A stretch of DNA of 64,000 bases from Mobula hypostoma (lineage: Eukaryota). The translations under genes were made by a program, and so were the position numbers. The DNA lies in contig NC_086109.1 in assembly GCF_963921235.1 (NCBI RefSeq), positions 5,768,001 to 5,832,000 of the forward strand, written 5' to 3'. The notes under the pieces are model-generated. The model made no database searches. It was not told where the DNA came from and saw only the letters and a program-made list of their open reading frames with translations. Each line of letters starts with the position of its first letter. Within the stretch, counting starts at the first letter, position 1. This document shows, piece by piece, positions 13,636 to 25,035 of this stretch.

Positions 13636-14084
13636 TGTCACAATGGGAGTGGCCCCAAAAGCAAGACACAAACACACCTTGTGAGGTTAACTTAAATTGA
13701 GTTTATTGCTCGTTGCAAGGAGAGCAAAGCAGAAGCAGGAATAGCATAATGGACAGGGGCACAGGCCTTGGACTAGGCTGGGACTAAGGGTCTGGGCTAG
13801 GACTCGGAACACGGACCTCCAGGGCCAGGACTTGATACTTGAAGCCTCCAGGGCCAGATGACATTGGCTCGCAGTACCTTTGGTGACTTCGTTAACGCGC
13901 TCGTGCCGAACGGCTGAAAGCTGGAGACTTATAAACTGCAGGTTCAGTCGAGAGTAAATTGCCTCCAATCACCAAGCCCAAGGGACACGGGAAAACAGGG
14001 AACCAAAGAGAAACAGCGAGTCAACGGTCTGGATCATAACATAAACAAAGTAAATTTAAAGGGAACCTGATCTGGACCACGACA
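13636..14084 (-). mobile_element. Solo LTR (Gypsy-like) inserted in a Rex/Babar 3' UTR, intron 3
   Basis: TGTC...GACA termini, 5-bp TSD CAGAA/CAAAA, minus-strand AATAAA near 13702-13707. It splits the host motif GTCCATTCAGAA|ATCTGAT seen intact at 30348-30367. Confidence 0.65.
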
Positions 14085-16607
14085 CAAAAATCTGATCGTG
14101 ATGGGGAAGAAGCTGGACCTGAAATGTTCAGAGGGGTGTTTCATGCTCCTGTACCTCCTCTCTGATGTTAGCAAAGAGAAGTCGGCACATCCTGGGTGAT
14201 GGGGGTCCTAAACGATGGATGCTGCCTTTTTAAGGCATCGCCTTTTGAAGATGCCCTCGATGCCGGGGAGCTGAGAGTCCATGATGGAGCTGGCTGAGTT
14301 TACAACTTCCTGCTGCTCTTTACAATCCTGTGCAGTGGCACTATTCTACCAGACGGTGAGAAGCAGAAGGAAAGGAACTGTCTACGATTTGGGTCCTCCA
14401 TCAGGATATTGCTTCCTCTTCTCGGCGCCCACCACCCCCCCACCTCACAGATGCTACTCGACCTGTTGAGTTCCTCCAGCAGATTGCTTTTAGCTCAAGG
14501 TTCCAGCATCCGCAGTCTTTTGTGCCTCCAGCTTCTTTGAAATGTCTGTCTTACAGAATGGCAGCACCCTGTCCCTACCGTACATCCAACTATTTACTTA
14601 GGGCATCCAGACAAAGTATTTCACATAAGAGGTTGTGCTGCTCACCTTTGTTTTAAAGGGATGTCTTTCTACTCTGAAGCCCTCTGGTCTTAGACTCCCC
14701 CACTATAGGAAACATCCCCTCCATGCCCACTCTATCTTGACCTTTCAATGTATGTTTTATGTTTCTATGTTCGTTTCTATGACATAGAATATAGACATCA
14801 CAGCACAGCACAGGCCCTTCAGCTGTGGAAGCCTGGTCATTGGGGGTATTTAAAGTGGAGGTTGATAGGTTCTTGATTAGTAAGATTACAGGGAGAAGGC
14901 AGGAGAATGGGGCTGATAATAATCAGCCATGATGGAATGGTGGAGCAGTCTCAATGTGCCAAATGGTCTCATTCTACTCCTAAGTGCCAAAAGATTTTTA
15001 AAAATATTTATAGATTAGCTGTATATGTCAGATGTACATTGAAACATACAGTGATGTGCTGGGCGCTGGGTGGCCGTGCCTCCAGCAGCAATATAGCATG
15101 CGCCCAGCTTAATCATCTTAACCCATACCCCTTGGGAATTCGAGAGGAATCTGGAGCACTTGGAGATAACCCACACGGTCATGGGGGAAAACGTACAAAC
15201 TCCTTACAGGCAGTGGCGGGAATTCACTGGTACTGTAAAGCGCTGTGCTAACCTCTGTGCTGCCGAGCCGCCCAAGGTGTGCTGATCGTTAACTGACCGC
15301 TGTGACTCTCTAATGTAGGCCGATGGCAGAAAGAGTCAAAGGGGAGTTAATGGGTGTTTGCAACAGGAGACAGGTTGCAGGGTTACAGGGGAATAGGGAG
15401 GCAGGGGCTAGGAGTAATGCAGTTGCTGTCTGGAAGCTGGTATGGACAGGATGGAACACTGAAAGGTCAAGATAGAGTGGACATGGAGGGGATGTTTCCT
15501 ATAGTGGGAGAGTCTAAGACCAGGGGGCTTCAGAGTAGAAAGACATCCCTGTAGAACAGAGATGAGGAGCACCTCCTTTAGCTAGAGGGCGATGAATCGC
15601 TGGAATCCATTACTACAGAGGCTGTGGAAGCTAAGTCATTTGGTATATTTAGAGTGGAGATTGATAGGTTCTTGATCAATAAGTGTGTCAGGAGCTATGG
15701 AGAGAAAACAGAAGAATGGCATTGAGAGGGAAAATACATCAGCCATGATGGAATGGTGGAACAGACTTGATGGGCAGAATGGCCTAACTCTGCTCCTGTG
15801 TCTTATGTCTTAAATGACATCTTTCTCTGCCGCTGTCAGCTTCAGGAGAAAGTCCCCAGTGATGTTTCAAGTGCTTGTCATTGATTCTATAGGATTTCTT
15901 TGTTCTGCTGTGGATGCACACAAGAAAATGAATCTCACAGTAGTATATGGTGACGTATACATACTTTGATAATAAATTCTGTTTTTTTAAAATACTTCTT
16001 CCACAGAGATTTACAGGTCAGGTTGCTGCTCGTTGCAAAGCACCAAGTCTGAAACACTGACGCATTCTAACCCAGCAGGTCATGAGACTGGGGCATTGTT
16101 CCGTGACCAATTTTGCATCAGGAAATTGAGAGTTTATCTCAGAGTTCTGACCCTAAATTGTAAGGGCTACTGTTCTTTGCTGCAATGAGCATGCCGGAGT
16201 GGAGAGAGAGATTCGTTCAAGTGCTGGTTAGACATGCACAGCTCAACATTTGCACCAATTCAGAATGAAACAGCAGCAGGCATCAAATGAATGTTTCACC
16301 ATAGTTACTGTGAAAACCGTTAACCAGATAACTAGGCAATTGGAGCGCATTTGCAAAAGCCTGAGCGAAAATAAAGAATGCAAATTTTCAGTGGGACAGC
16401 ACCATTTGCAAACAGAGGGCTTAAATGACAAAACAAACTGCTGACCTAGATGTTTCATCAGTGAATTCATCTTGTCAAAACAAGGACGATTGACTGCAAT
16501 GCAATTGGAGGAAAAGCCAGGTCTAATACTTGTGTGTTAAATAATGTCACATAAGTTATCTTCTAAACCCCTAAACAGCTGCAAAAGTTAGTGTTCTCTA
16601 TGCTTTG

Positions 16608-16629
16608 TGACTCATTGAGTGACTCAGCA
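16608..16629. promoter_or_regulatory. Tandem AP-1 sites, the second an NF-E2/Maf-type TGACTCAGCA, in intron 3
   Basis: TGACTCA at 16608-16614 and TGACTCAGCA at 16620-16629 within a repeat-free island (about 16010-16920). Confidence 0.4.
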
Positions 16630-18193
16630 ATAAAGGTTGCCTCTGAAACTCTAGGACAATAATGCGCCTCTTCCCTTTCCTGGGTTTGTGTTGAAAGAGA
16701 TCCCTCCCATGCTTTCAGAATATGTCCACACCCACACTACAGTGGTTAACAGCGCTCCTGATAAACATGCTTTGATCTCAGCAACTGCTGAAGGTGTTTA
16801 ACTCTACAACTTTGGTGTTGCCTGAGCTGCTGTGGTCACGGCTTCAAGTCAGATCCTCAACGAACAGCAAACCAGAGCAGAAGGACCAAGTCACAGCAAG
16901 CCTTAAACTAAATTCAGGCTGCTTGTCGGACCATAAAACATAGGAACAGAATTAGGGAATTCAGCCTCTTGCGTCTGTTCCGCCATTCCATCATGGATGA
17001 TTTATTTTCCCTCTTAATCCCATTCTCCCTCTTTCTCCCCATAACCTCTGGTGCCCTTACTAACCAAGAACCTAACAAACTCCATTTTAAATATATCCAA
17101 TGACGTGGCCTCCGCAGCTGGCAGTGGCGATTCGCCTTCCTCTGGCTAAAGAAATTCCTCCTTACTGAGGCACTTTGGTCCATCTCCTTCAAATCACAAC
17201 CTGATGAAGGGTCACGGCTCAAAACATTGGCTGTTTATTCATTTCTATAGGTGCTACCTGACCTGCTGAGATTCTCCATCATTTTGTGTGTGTTGCTTTG
17301 GATTTCCAGCGTCTGCAGAATCTCCTGTTTTCATCTTCATTTTAAAATGGCCATGACTAGAATGCAGAGTGTCACAGGAACCAACTGTTACCTTGTAGTA
17401 TATTAAACCTGGATTAACATGAATACTCTTTACACGAGTATTTTGTGTGCTGGCCTTCATTAGTCGGGGGATTGAATTCAGGAGTTGCAGCTCTATAAAA
17501 CTCTGGTCAGACCACACTTGGAATATTGTGTTTAGTTCCAGTTCCCTCATTATAGGAAGAATATGGAAGCTTTGGAGAGGGTGCAGAGGATATTTACCAG
17601 TGTGCAACATTTCTTATGAGGATGGCTTGAGCGAACTAGGGCTTTTCTCTTTGGAATGAAGGGGGATTTGAGCTAATAGATCGAGGGGGCAGCCAGAGGC
17701 AATTCTCCTGGGGTGGACATGGCTAATACAAGGGGTTACAATTTTGAGGTGGTTGGAGGAAGGTATAGGAGGAACGTTAGCGGTTGGTTTTCTACACATG
17801 GTGTGCTAGGTGTGTGGAACACCGTGCCAGGAGTGGTGGTAGAGTCAGGGACATTAGGGACATTAAACAGGTTCTTAGATTGGCATGTGGATGATAGAAA
17901 AATATAGGGCTATGTGGGAGGGAAGGGTTAGATCGATTTTAAAAGGTCAGCACAACGTCATGAGCTGAACAGCTTGGACTGTGCAGTAGTGTTTGGTGGT
18001 CCATGTTCTGTTGTTACATTCGGTACTGGATTTCAAGCTAATCACCTTGTTGTTAATATTCACACTGCTTTCACAGGTTTAAAACAACATTTAGACTTGA
18101 TACCGCCTGTGTAAATTAGTACCAGAATGTGTGTCATTTCAAATTGGTAACAAGAGTGAACCGTTTTGTAAGATGAGCTATTTTGCCTTTCAG

Positions 18194-18271
18194 CATCATT
18201 TCTTCAACTGCGAACTGTGCAGCTGCAACCAAAGTTCGTACTTCAAGACCATACATCACACATTCAAGCAG
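18194..18271 (+). CDS. il10: IL-10-like cytokine, exon 4 (D-E loop + helix E): HHFFNCELCSCNQSSYFKTIHHTFKQ
   Basis: ttttgcctttcAG acceptor, 78 nt, phase 0-0, GTAAGA donor at 18272. Aligns with IL-10 HRFLPCENKSKAVEQVKNAFNK plus 4 extra residues. Confidence 0.9.
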
Positions 18272-18749
18272 GTAAGAGAGCGATTATGTTTCGAAATGTC
18301 CAGGGAGGCTGACTTCAGGCAGTCGAAATCTCAGTGGTGTTTTTCCACCACTGAGCACTGCCACAAGAAAGCAAAGACCCCTCCCATTCAGGCCAAGCTC
18401 CCTTCCCAAGACTACCATTGGGGAGGAGGGACAGAAGCCTTAGGTCCCACACCACTAGGTTCAGGAACAGTTATTACCCTTCAACCATCAGAGTCCTGAA
18501 CCAGAGAGGATAACTTCACTCACCCCAACACTGAACTGAATCCACAACCCACAGACTCACTTTCAAGGACTCTACAGCTCATGTTCTCAGTATTATTTAT
18601 TATTCCATTTGCACAATTTGTCTTCTTTTGCACATAATTTGTTTGTCAGTCTTTGCTATGTAATGTTTTTCGTAAATTCTATTGTATTTCTTTATTTTGC
18701 TATTAGTCCCTGCAAGAAAATTAATCTCAGGTTGTAGTATATAGTGACA

Positions 18750-18976
18750 TACGCAAAATGCTGGAGGGACTCATCAGATCAGGCAGCATCTATGGACAGG
18801 AATGACCAGTTGACGTTTTGGACCAAGACTCTTCATTAGGACCTGATGAAGGGTCTCGGCCTGAAGGGTTGATGGTTTATTCCTCTCCATAGAAGCTGCC
18901 TGACCCTGCTGAGTTTCTTCTGCGTCTTGCACATGTTACTCTGGATTTTCAGCATCCGCAGAGTATCTCGTGTTTA
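18750..18976. mobile_element. Inverted (palindromic) Penelope-derived repeat with two degenerate hammerhead motifs, intron 4
   Basis: About 90-bp arms invert around position 18842: ...CTCTTCATTAGGAC|CTGATGAAGGGTCTCGGCCTGAAG... Confidence 0.75.
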
Positions 18977-19063
18977 GCACAAGGCAACCTATGCGTACTT
19001 AGATAGTAAGTTTACTTTGATTTTAATGGTCATTGTGTGGTAACGTGTTACTGCCCTCATCAG

Positions 19064-19153
19064 TTACAGGTGAAAGGCGTGTACAAAGCAATGGGAGAAA
19101 TTAACGCCTTCATCGACTGGATTTGGAATTACATAAACTTGAGACGACATTAA
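19064..19153 (+). CDS. il10: IL-10-like cytokine, exon 5 (helix F): LQVKGVYKAMGEINAFIDWIWNYINLRRH*
   Basis: CAG acceptor at 19061-19063. Carries the IL-10 family signature KGVYKAMGE (cf. LQEKGIYKAMSEFDIFINYIEAY). TAA at 19151-19153. Confidence 0.95.
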   Translation, partial: LQVKGVYKAMGEINAFIDWIWNYINLRRH

Positions 19154-19211
19154 GAAGGAGTGGAGCAGACTGATCGAGTCCCAATATTTCCTCAATTAAG
19201 AAAATCACTAG

Positions 19212-19236
19212 TATTTAAAGCCATATTTATATTTAG
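19212..19236 (+). promoter_or_regulatory. AU-rich element cluster, proximal 3' UTR
   Basis: Three ATTTA pentamers (tatttaaag...tatttatatttag) 60-80 nt after the stop; more at about 20360-20510. Typical of cytokine mRNAs. Confidence 0.65.
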
Positions 19237-20696
19237 GCTTGGCAGTTTCAGCATCTTTGCTACTTCATTGTGGTGTTTGCTTCTCCCAATATTTGTTAAC
19301 CCTTTAAGAGTAAAATGAATGGAATGCTTTTCCGATTTGTGGTGTTGCTCTCAATCTGGACTGATTTAGTATTGTCCCCTGAAAGTTAGCTCCCTTGAAG
19401 ACAACAAAAGTGGACGTTGGGAGCAGACAAAATTGAACAGCCAGCGAGGAATGGCAAGGTCATTGCTATCTGTCACCATAAGAGCATGAGACACAGGAGC
19501 AGAATCAAACCATTCGGCCCATCGAGTCTGCTCCACCTATCGATCATGGCTGACCTATTATCCCTCTTAACCCCATTCTCCTGCCTTCTCCCCACAAACT
19601 TTGGCCTCCCTTACTAATTGAGACCCTATCACCCTCCGCTTTAAATATACCCAATGACTTGGCCTCCACAATTGTCTGTGGCAACAAATTCAACTGATTC
19701 ACCATCCTCTGGCTAGAGAAATCCCTCCTCATCTCGGTTCTAAAGGGATTTACTTGTTTCTGAGGCTGTGTTCTCTGGTCCTAGACTCCCCCAACTATAG
19801 GAAACCCTCTCCGTGTCCGCTCAATCTATGTTGTCACAACTGAACATCCAGCAGCTGCTCAGGGGATGGGCTAAGCCAGTCTGTAACCAGATAATCCAGT
19901 ACTATAGAAGTGTGTCTCTGACTCACCCTACTCACCTGTGCAAGAGTGCCTCGCTTCTGCCCAGTGACACTTACTGACCCCACATGAATTCACCCGAAAT
20001 TTTCAATGCTTGAAGTCAACAAGGGTTACTCCAATTCTCCAGTATCTAAAAATGCTTCCTCTGTACATCCCACTTGTTGCAATTTGTCCTGTGACTGCTC
20101 GATCTAAATGTAAATCACATCTGAATGAATTTCATTCAATTTTTATTTTTCAATAGAATGAAAATGCAAATAATATTTTTTATTTCATAATCTTTTGTTA
20201 GATCAACAATTCTAGTTTTGATTATTCATGTATTCAAGAATTAAGCAATAGAACAAAAATAACTCTCACAATTAGTTCATAAGATTTTCTCAATATTCTT
20301 TACTGCTTGTGGTCAGTATATTTTGATAACGGATATATTTTCAATTTGCATTTTTTACTATTTATGAGAGTGCAATATGGAGCTTTAAGTAATTTAATTT
20401 CAGTTGTATTTTGATATATCCATCCATTACTGTATCAGTAAATCTATAACAACCATTTCAAAGACATTTACTGCAATATTACAGCTTGATTCAATCTAAA
20501 TATTTATTGACTTGTTATGAATACTGTCTGTGTTCAAATGAATGTACACTTGTGTGTACTTTATGATAAGTTATAACGACTTGTCTCCATCATTGCAATA
20601 TTAGGAGCTCTATTTTGAACTAGTTTAGATCTAGATCTTCACACTTTGCCTGAGACTATTGTCAAATTCTCACTTTTGAACACATTGTGATGTATT

Positions 20697-21139
20697 CATC
20701 GTCATCATTATGTGCCGTGTCGTATGACATCATCACTATGTGCCGTGCCTTATGACATCGTCACTATGCACCATGCCGTATGACATGGGCGATCGTGGTC
20801 TTGCCCATGATTGCTCTTGGCAAATTTTTCTACAGAAGTAGTTTGCCATTGCTTTCTGGGCAGTGTCTTTACAAGACGGGAGACCCCAGCCATTATCAAT
20901 ACTCTTCAGAGATTGTCTGCCTGGCGTCAGTGGTTGCATAACCAGGACTAGTGATGTGCACCAGCTGCTCATACGACCATCCACCACCTGCCCCCATGGC
21001 TTCACATGACCCCAATCCAAGCAGGTGCTACACCTTGCCCCCATGGCTTCACATGACCCCAATCCAAGCAGGTGCTACACCTTGCCCAAGGGTGGCCTGC
21101 AGGCTAGCAGAGGGAAGGAGCACCTTACACCTCCTCTTA
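20697..21139 (-). mobile_element. Non-autonomous RTE-derived element (family B) in the predicted 3' UTR
   Basis: RTE-type GCAATGGCAAAC..CTTCTG motif, (GAT)n tail, 35-bp TSD. Other copies at about 48170-48555, 54448-54750 and 55485-55660. Confidence 0.7.
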
Positions 21140-21771
21140 TCAAATTCTCACATTTGAGCACATTGTGAAGTATTAACCTTTTAAAAATGCAAAAGAAAAT
21201 CCTTTGTAAGTCTTCAGATGATCCTGGAAAAAAGTCTCACCAGCCTGGCATATTGGTGTGTGAAGGGGAAAGAAAGCCTCCCAGCAAAGGGAGGATTGTG
21301 TAAAAACTAATCATTACTGTCGCACGAGTTGTTCTAATGACGATGGAGACAATGTAAATAATGCAATCTATATAAATGTTAACAACTATACCTCATTGTG
21401 TATGTTTTGTTAAGTGAGTCCCTTGGATGGAAGGTGATGAACAAAGTAATTAACCTCAGTAGTATGTTTTACCGTGAAATGTAGCGTTGATGCTTTGGAC
21501 TGTTGAACCTCTGAAAGTTTCTTGTGCGGTTTCAATCTGAAGTGCAAATTCTTACAGATTTGTGTGTGTTGAATTGGGTGTCAAGGGCCCAGAATCTGTT
21601 ACATCAAGTTAAAAGTAATTATTGTACTTTGGGGGGGAGGATCCGCCGAAGGCTTTAAAGTGTCAGAACATGAATGTCTCTGCTTTGTTTTGTGTATTGA
21701 CACACTCTGCCTACCTCATTGCATGTGTAGTGTGTGAATCTGAACTGTTGTATACCTGATTGCACTGTTTA

Positions 21772-21777
21772 AATAAA
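21772..21777 (+). terminator. Candidate polyadenylation signal of the IL-10-like gene
   Basis: First canonical AATAAA I found downstream of the stop. It ends a long non-repetitive AT-rich tract and is followed by T-rich sequence. Confidence 0.5.
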
Positions 21778-22426
21778 TACCATTTTGTTCAAATCTTCAA
21801 TTATCAATCTGTTGCCTTCTTTCAGAGTTATAATTATGATAGCAGCATGTAGCAAGGCCATTGATCTCGATGGAGCCCTGCAACCAAAGTAAAAATAATT
21901 TCATTATTGAAGTACATTTATGTTACCATATACAACCCCAAGATCCATTTTCTTGTGAGCATACTCAACAAATCTATAGAATAACAACCATAACAGAATC
22001 AATGAAAGACTTCCCAACTAGGGCAGTCAACCAGAATGCAGAAAACAATATACGGTGCAAATACAAAAAAAAAATAATAAATAAATAAATAAGCAATAAA
22101 TACCAAGAAAATGAGATGCAGAGTCCTTGAAAGTGAGTCCATTGTTTGTGGGAACATTTCAATGATGGGGCGAGTGAAGTTGAATGAAGTTATTACCTTT
22201 GGTTCAAGAGCCTGCTGGCTGAGGGGTAATAACTGTTCCTGAACCTAGTGGTGCGAGTCCTGAGTCCTATTCCCTGCACTTGTCCCATCCGCTAACGGTT
22301 CTGTTCCATCTATCCAATTCTATTTGAAAGAGATAATTGAATCTGCTTTCACTACTCTCTTATGCAGCAAATGATCTGTCCTTCCATCTCAGTCAAAGTC
22401 AAATGAAACTTATCAAAGTGTGTACA

Positions 22427-22958
22427 CACTCACTGACCACTTTATTCGGTATACCTGTACTCTTGCTCGTTACCGCAAATATCTTATCAGCCAATCATGT
22501 GGCAGCAACTCAATGCATAATAACATGCAGACATGGTCAAGAGGTTCAGTTGTTGTTCAGAGAAAACATCAAAATGGGGAAGAAATATGATATATGTTGG
22601 TGCCAGATGGGGTGGTTTGAGTATATCGGAAACTGCTGATTTCCTGGGATCTTCACGTACAACAATCTCGATTACAGAGAATGGTGCGAGAAACAAAAAA
22701 AAACAAGCAGTGAGTGTCAGCTGTGTGGGCAAACACACCTTGTTAATGAGAGAGATCGCAGGCAAATGACCAGACTGGTTCAAGGTGACAAGAACTCAAA
22801 TGACCATGCATTCCAACAGTGGTATGTAGAAGAGCATCTCTGAAAAGGCAAAGTGTAGAACCTTGAGGTGGATGGGCTACAGCAGCAGAAGACCATGAAC
22901 ATAGACTCAGTGGCCACTTCATCAGCTACAGGAGAAAGTGATAAAGTGACTACTGATT
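22427..22958 (+). mobile_element. Internally deleted Tc1-like DNA transposon
   Basis: TIR like CACTCAGTGGCCACTTTATT. Transposase N-terminal remnant MGKK..D / VGARWGGLSISETADFLGSSRTTIS. Minus-strand copies at about 44058-44592 and 50641-51016. Confidence 0.75.
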
Positions 22959-23473
22959 ATACGTCACATATATATGTACTCCCCTGAGATTCATTTCCTT
23001 GCAGGTATTTACAATGAAGTAAAGACTTACGATGGAATTTATCCAAAACTATATGTAAACAAAGACTGATAAGCAACCAATGTGCAAAGGAAGAGAAAAT
23101 GGTCCAATAAATAAATGTATAAATGAGTAGACAGATAGGTACTGATGTATATAAATAAATAAATAATGCCAAGAGCATGAATTGTCAGGTCCTGTGAGTT
23201 TTAGGGAGCGAATTGCACCCCACACCACTCTCCAGATGAAAGGACTTCTCCTCCCTAATCCTTCTACCAATCTATAACCACTTGAGGTTGACCTGTCTGA
23301 TAATAGGTATGCCCTTTCTATTTTAACTATGTCCTCCTCAGCCTGCCTGTGTACCTACCTATGGCTCCTTAGTCTTTATTTATTTAGTGATACAGCGCAG
23401 AACTGGTCCTTTCAGCCCAATGAATCGTGCCACCCAGAATCCTCTGATTTAACCCTCGCCTAACCACAACACA

Positions 23474-23892
23474 GCCAGGGCACGTGATAAGGATGCCCCC
23501 ATGTCGGCTACCCCGCAGCGTGTTACACGGCCAGCTACATCACGGTCGACGCTCAGCTGGAGGGCCGAAGAAGCGCGATAAGGATCAGATGAAGAATGCT
23601 TTAAGGAAGTGCAAATCAGACCCGAGGACCTGGAGGACGTTGCTGCTGACCGTACCACTTGGCGACAGCTGTGTAGGGACGGGGTTCGTATTCTGGAGAT
23701 GGAAAGAACAACCAGAAGACAGCAGAAGAGAGCCAGGAGAAATGCAGCCATGGTTGCCACCACTACCACATATACATGTCCCTCCTACAATAGAGCTTGT
23801 GGGTCCAGGATAGGACTGTATAGTCATCAAAGATCTCACCGTTAAAGGAGTGGACGTCCTCATCGGATTTGGATGGACAACCGAAGAGAGAG
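23474..23892 (+). mobile_element. RTE-clade LINE 3' end inserted in a V-SINE
   Basis: HVIRMPPCRLPRSVLHGQL..G.RSAGGPKKR.KD and a C-terminal zinc-finger-like CPSYNRACGSRIGLYSHQRSH. 12-bp TSD AACCACAACACA/AATCACAACACA. Confidence 0.85.
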
Positions 23893-25035
23893 AATCACAA
23901 CACAATTTACAATTAAGCGACTAACCAGTATGTCTTTGGACTGTGGGAGGAAACTAGTGCCCCAGGAAAAAACCTACGTGTACTCTGGAGAACGTACAAC
24001 CTTTCTTACAGAGGACACCGGAATCGAGCTCCGAGCTCCAACGGCCCGAGCTGTAATAGTGCCTTGCTAACTGCTGCATTACCATAGCACCCTATAACAA
24101 CTCCAGCCTATCCAATCTTACTCTGTCATTATTATTTTTCAGTCTTAGCAACCTCTGCACCATCTCCAGTGCCATCTTACCCTCTGATGTGTCATGTCCA
24201 GACCTGAGCACAAAAGTCAAAGTAAGTTTATTATCAAAGTATGTAAAAGTCACCGTATACTACCCTGAGATTCATTTTCTTGCAGGCATTTACAAGAAGA
24301 GTAAAGAAATACAGTAATATTTATTTTAAAAAAACTATACATATACTTCCACCCTGCTTATGGACTCTTATTCCCACTCCCATTGAGAAAGAGGCAACGC
24401 AGTTTCCACATCTGGATCACCAGACTCAAAATCAATTACATCCCCCAAGCCATCAGGCTGATCAACATCTCCACTCATTAACTAACCCCTCCACCCCCCC
24501 ACCAACACTACATGCACATCACCTAGCATCGCTTTATGTACGTGTAATCAATCTGTATGTAACAGTTACTTGTACATTGTGTTTTATAGGATTGCTTTTT
24601 TAATTTATATTTATTGTTTCTTACTGTGTTCTTTATGCTTACTGAGTTTTCTGTGCTGCATCGGATCCAGAGTGACAATTATTTTGTTCTCCTTTACACT
24701 CGTGTACTGACCAACAACAAATAAACAACCTCGAATCATGATTTGTGTGATTTGTTCTTTTATTTGCTCGCTGACGGTTTGATGTTTTTCTTCGAATGGC
24801 TTCCATGGTGTTTCATTGATTTGTGGCTGTCTGGGAAGAGGTTGTATGCTGTATACATTCATTGATAACAGATGCACTTTGAATCTTTGAATCTTGAATA
24901 AACAAAGCCTGACAAACAACCAAAGAAAAATTATGCAACACTTCACAATCATGCATGCTATCCTTGTTCACGGTCTCTGTATCTCCCCCATAAACTCTCT
25001 TTTCTTATACTCTGTGCCTTTACTGATAAAAATAA

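Noticed and set aside
20989..21087. Direct repeats suggestive of a CRISPR-like array
   Set aside because: Only two adjacent units with no spacer, inside a vertebrate retroposon.
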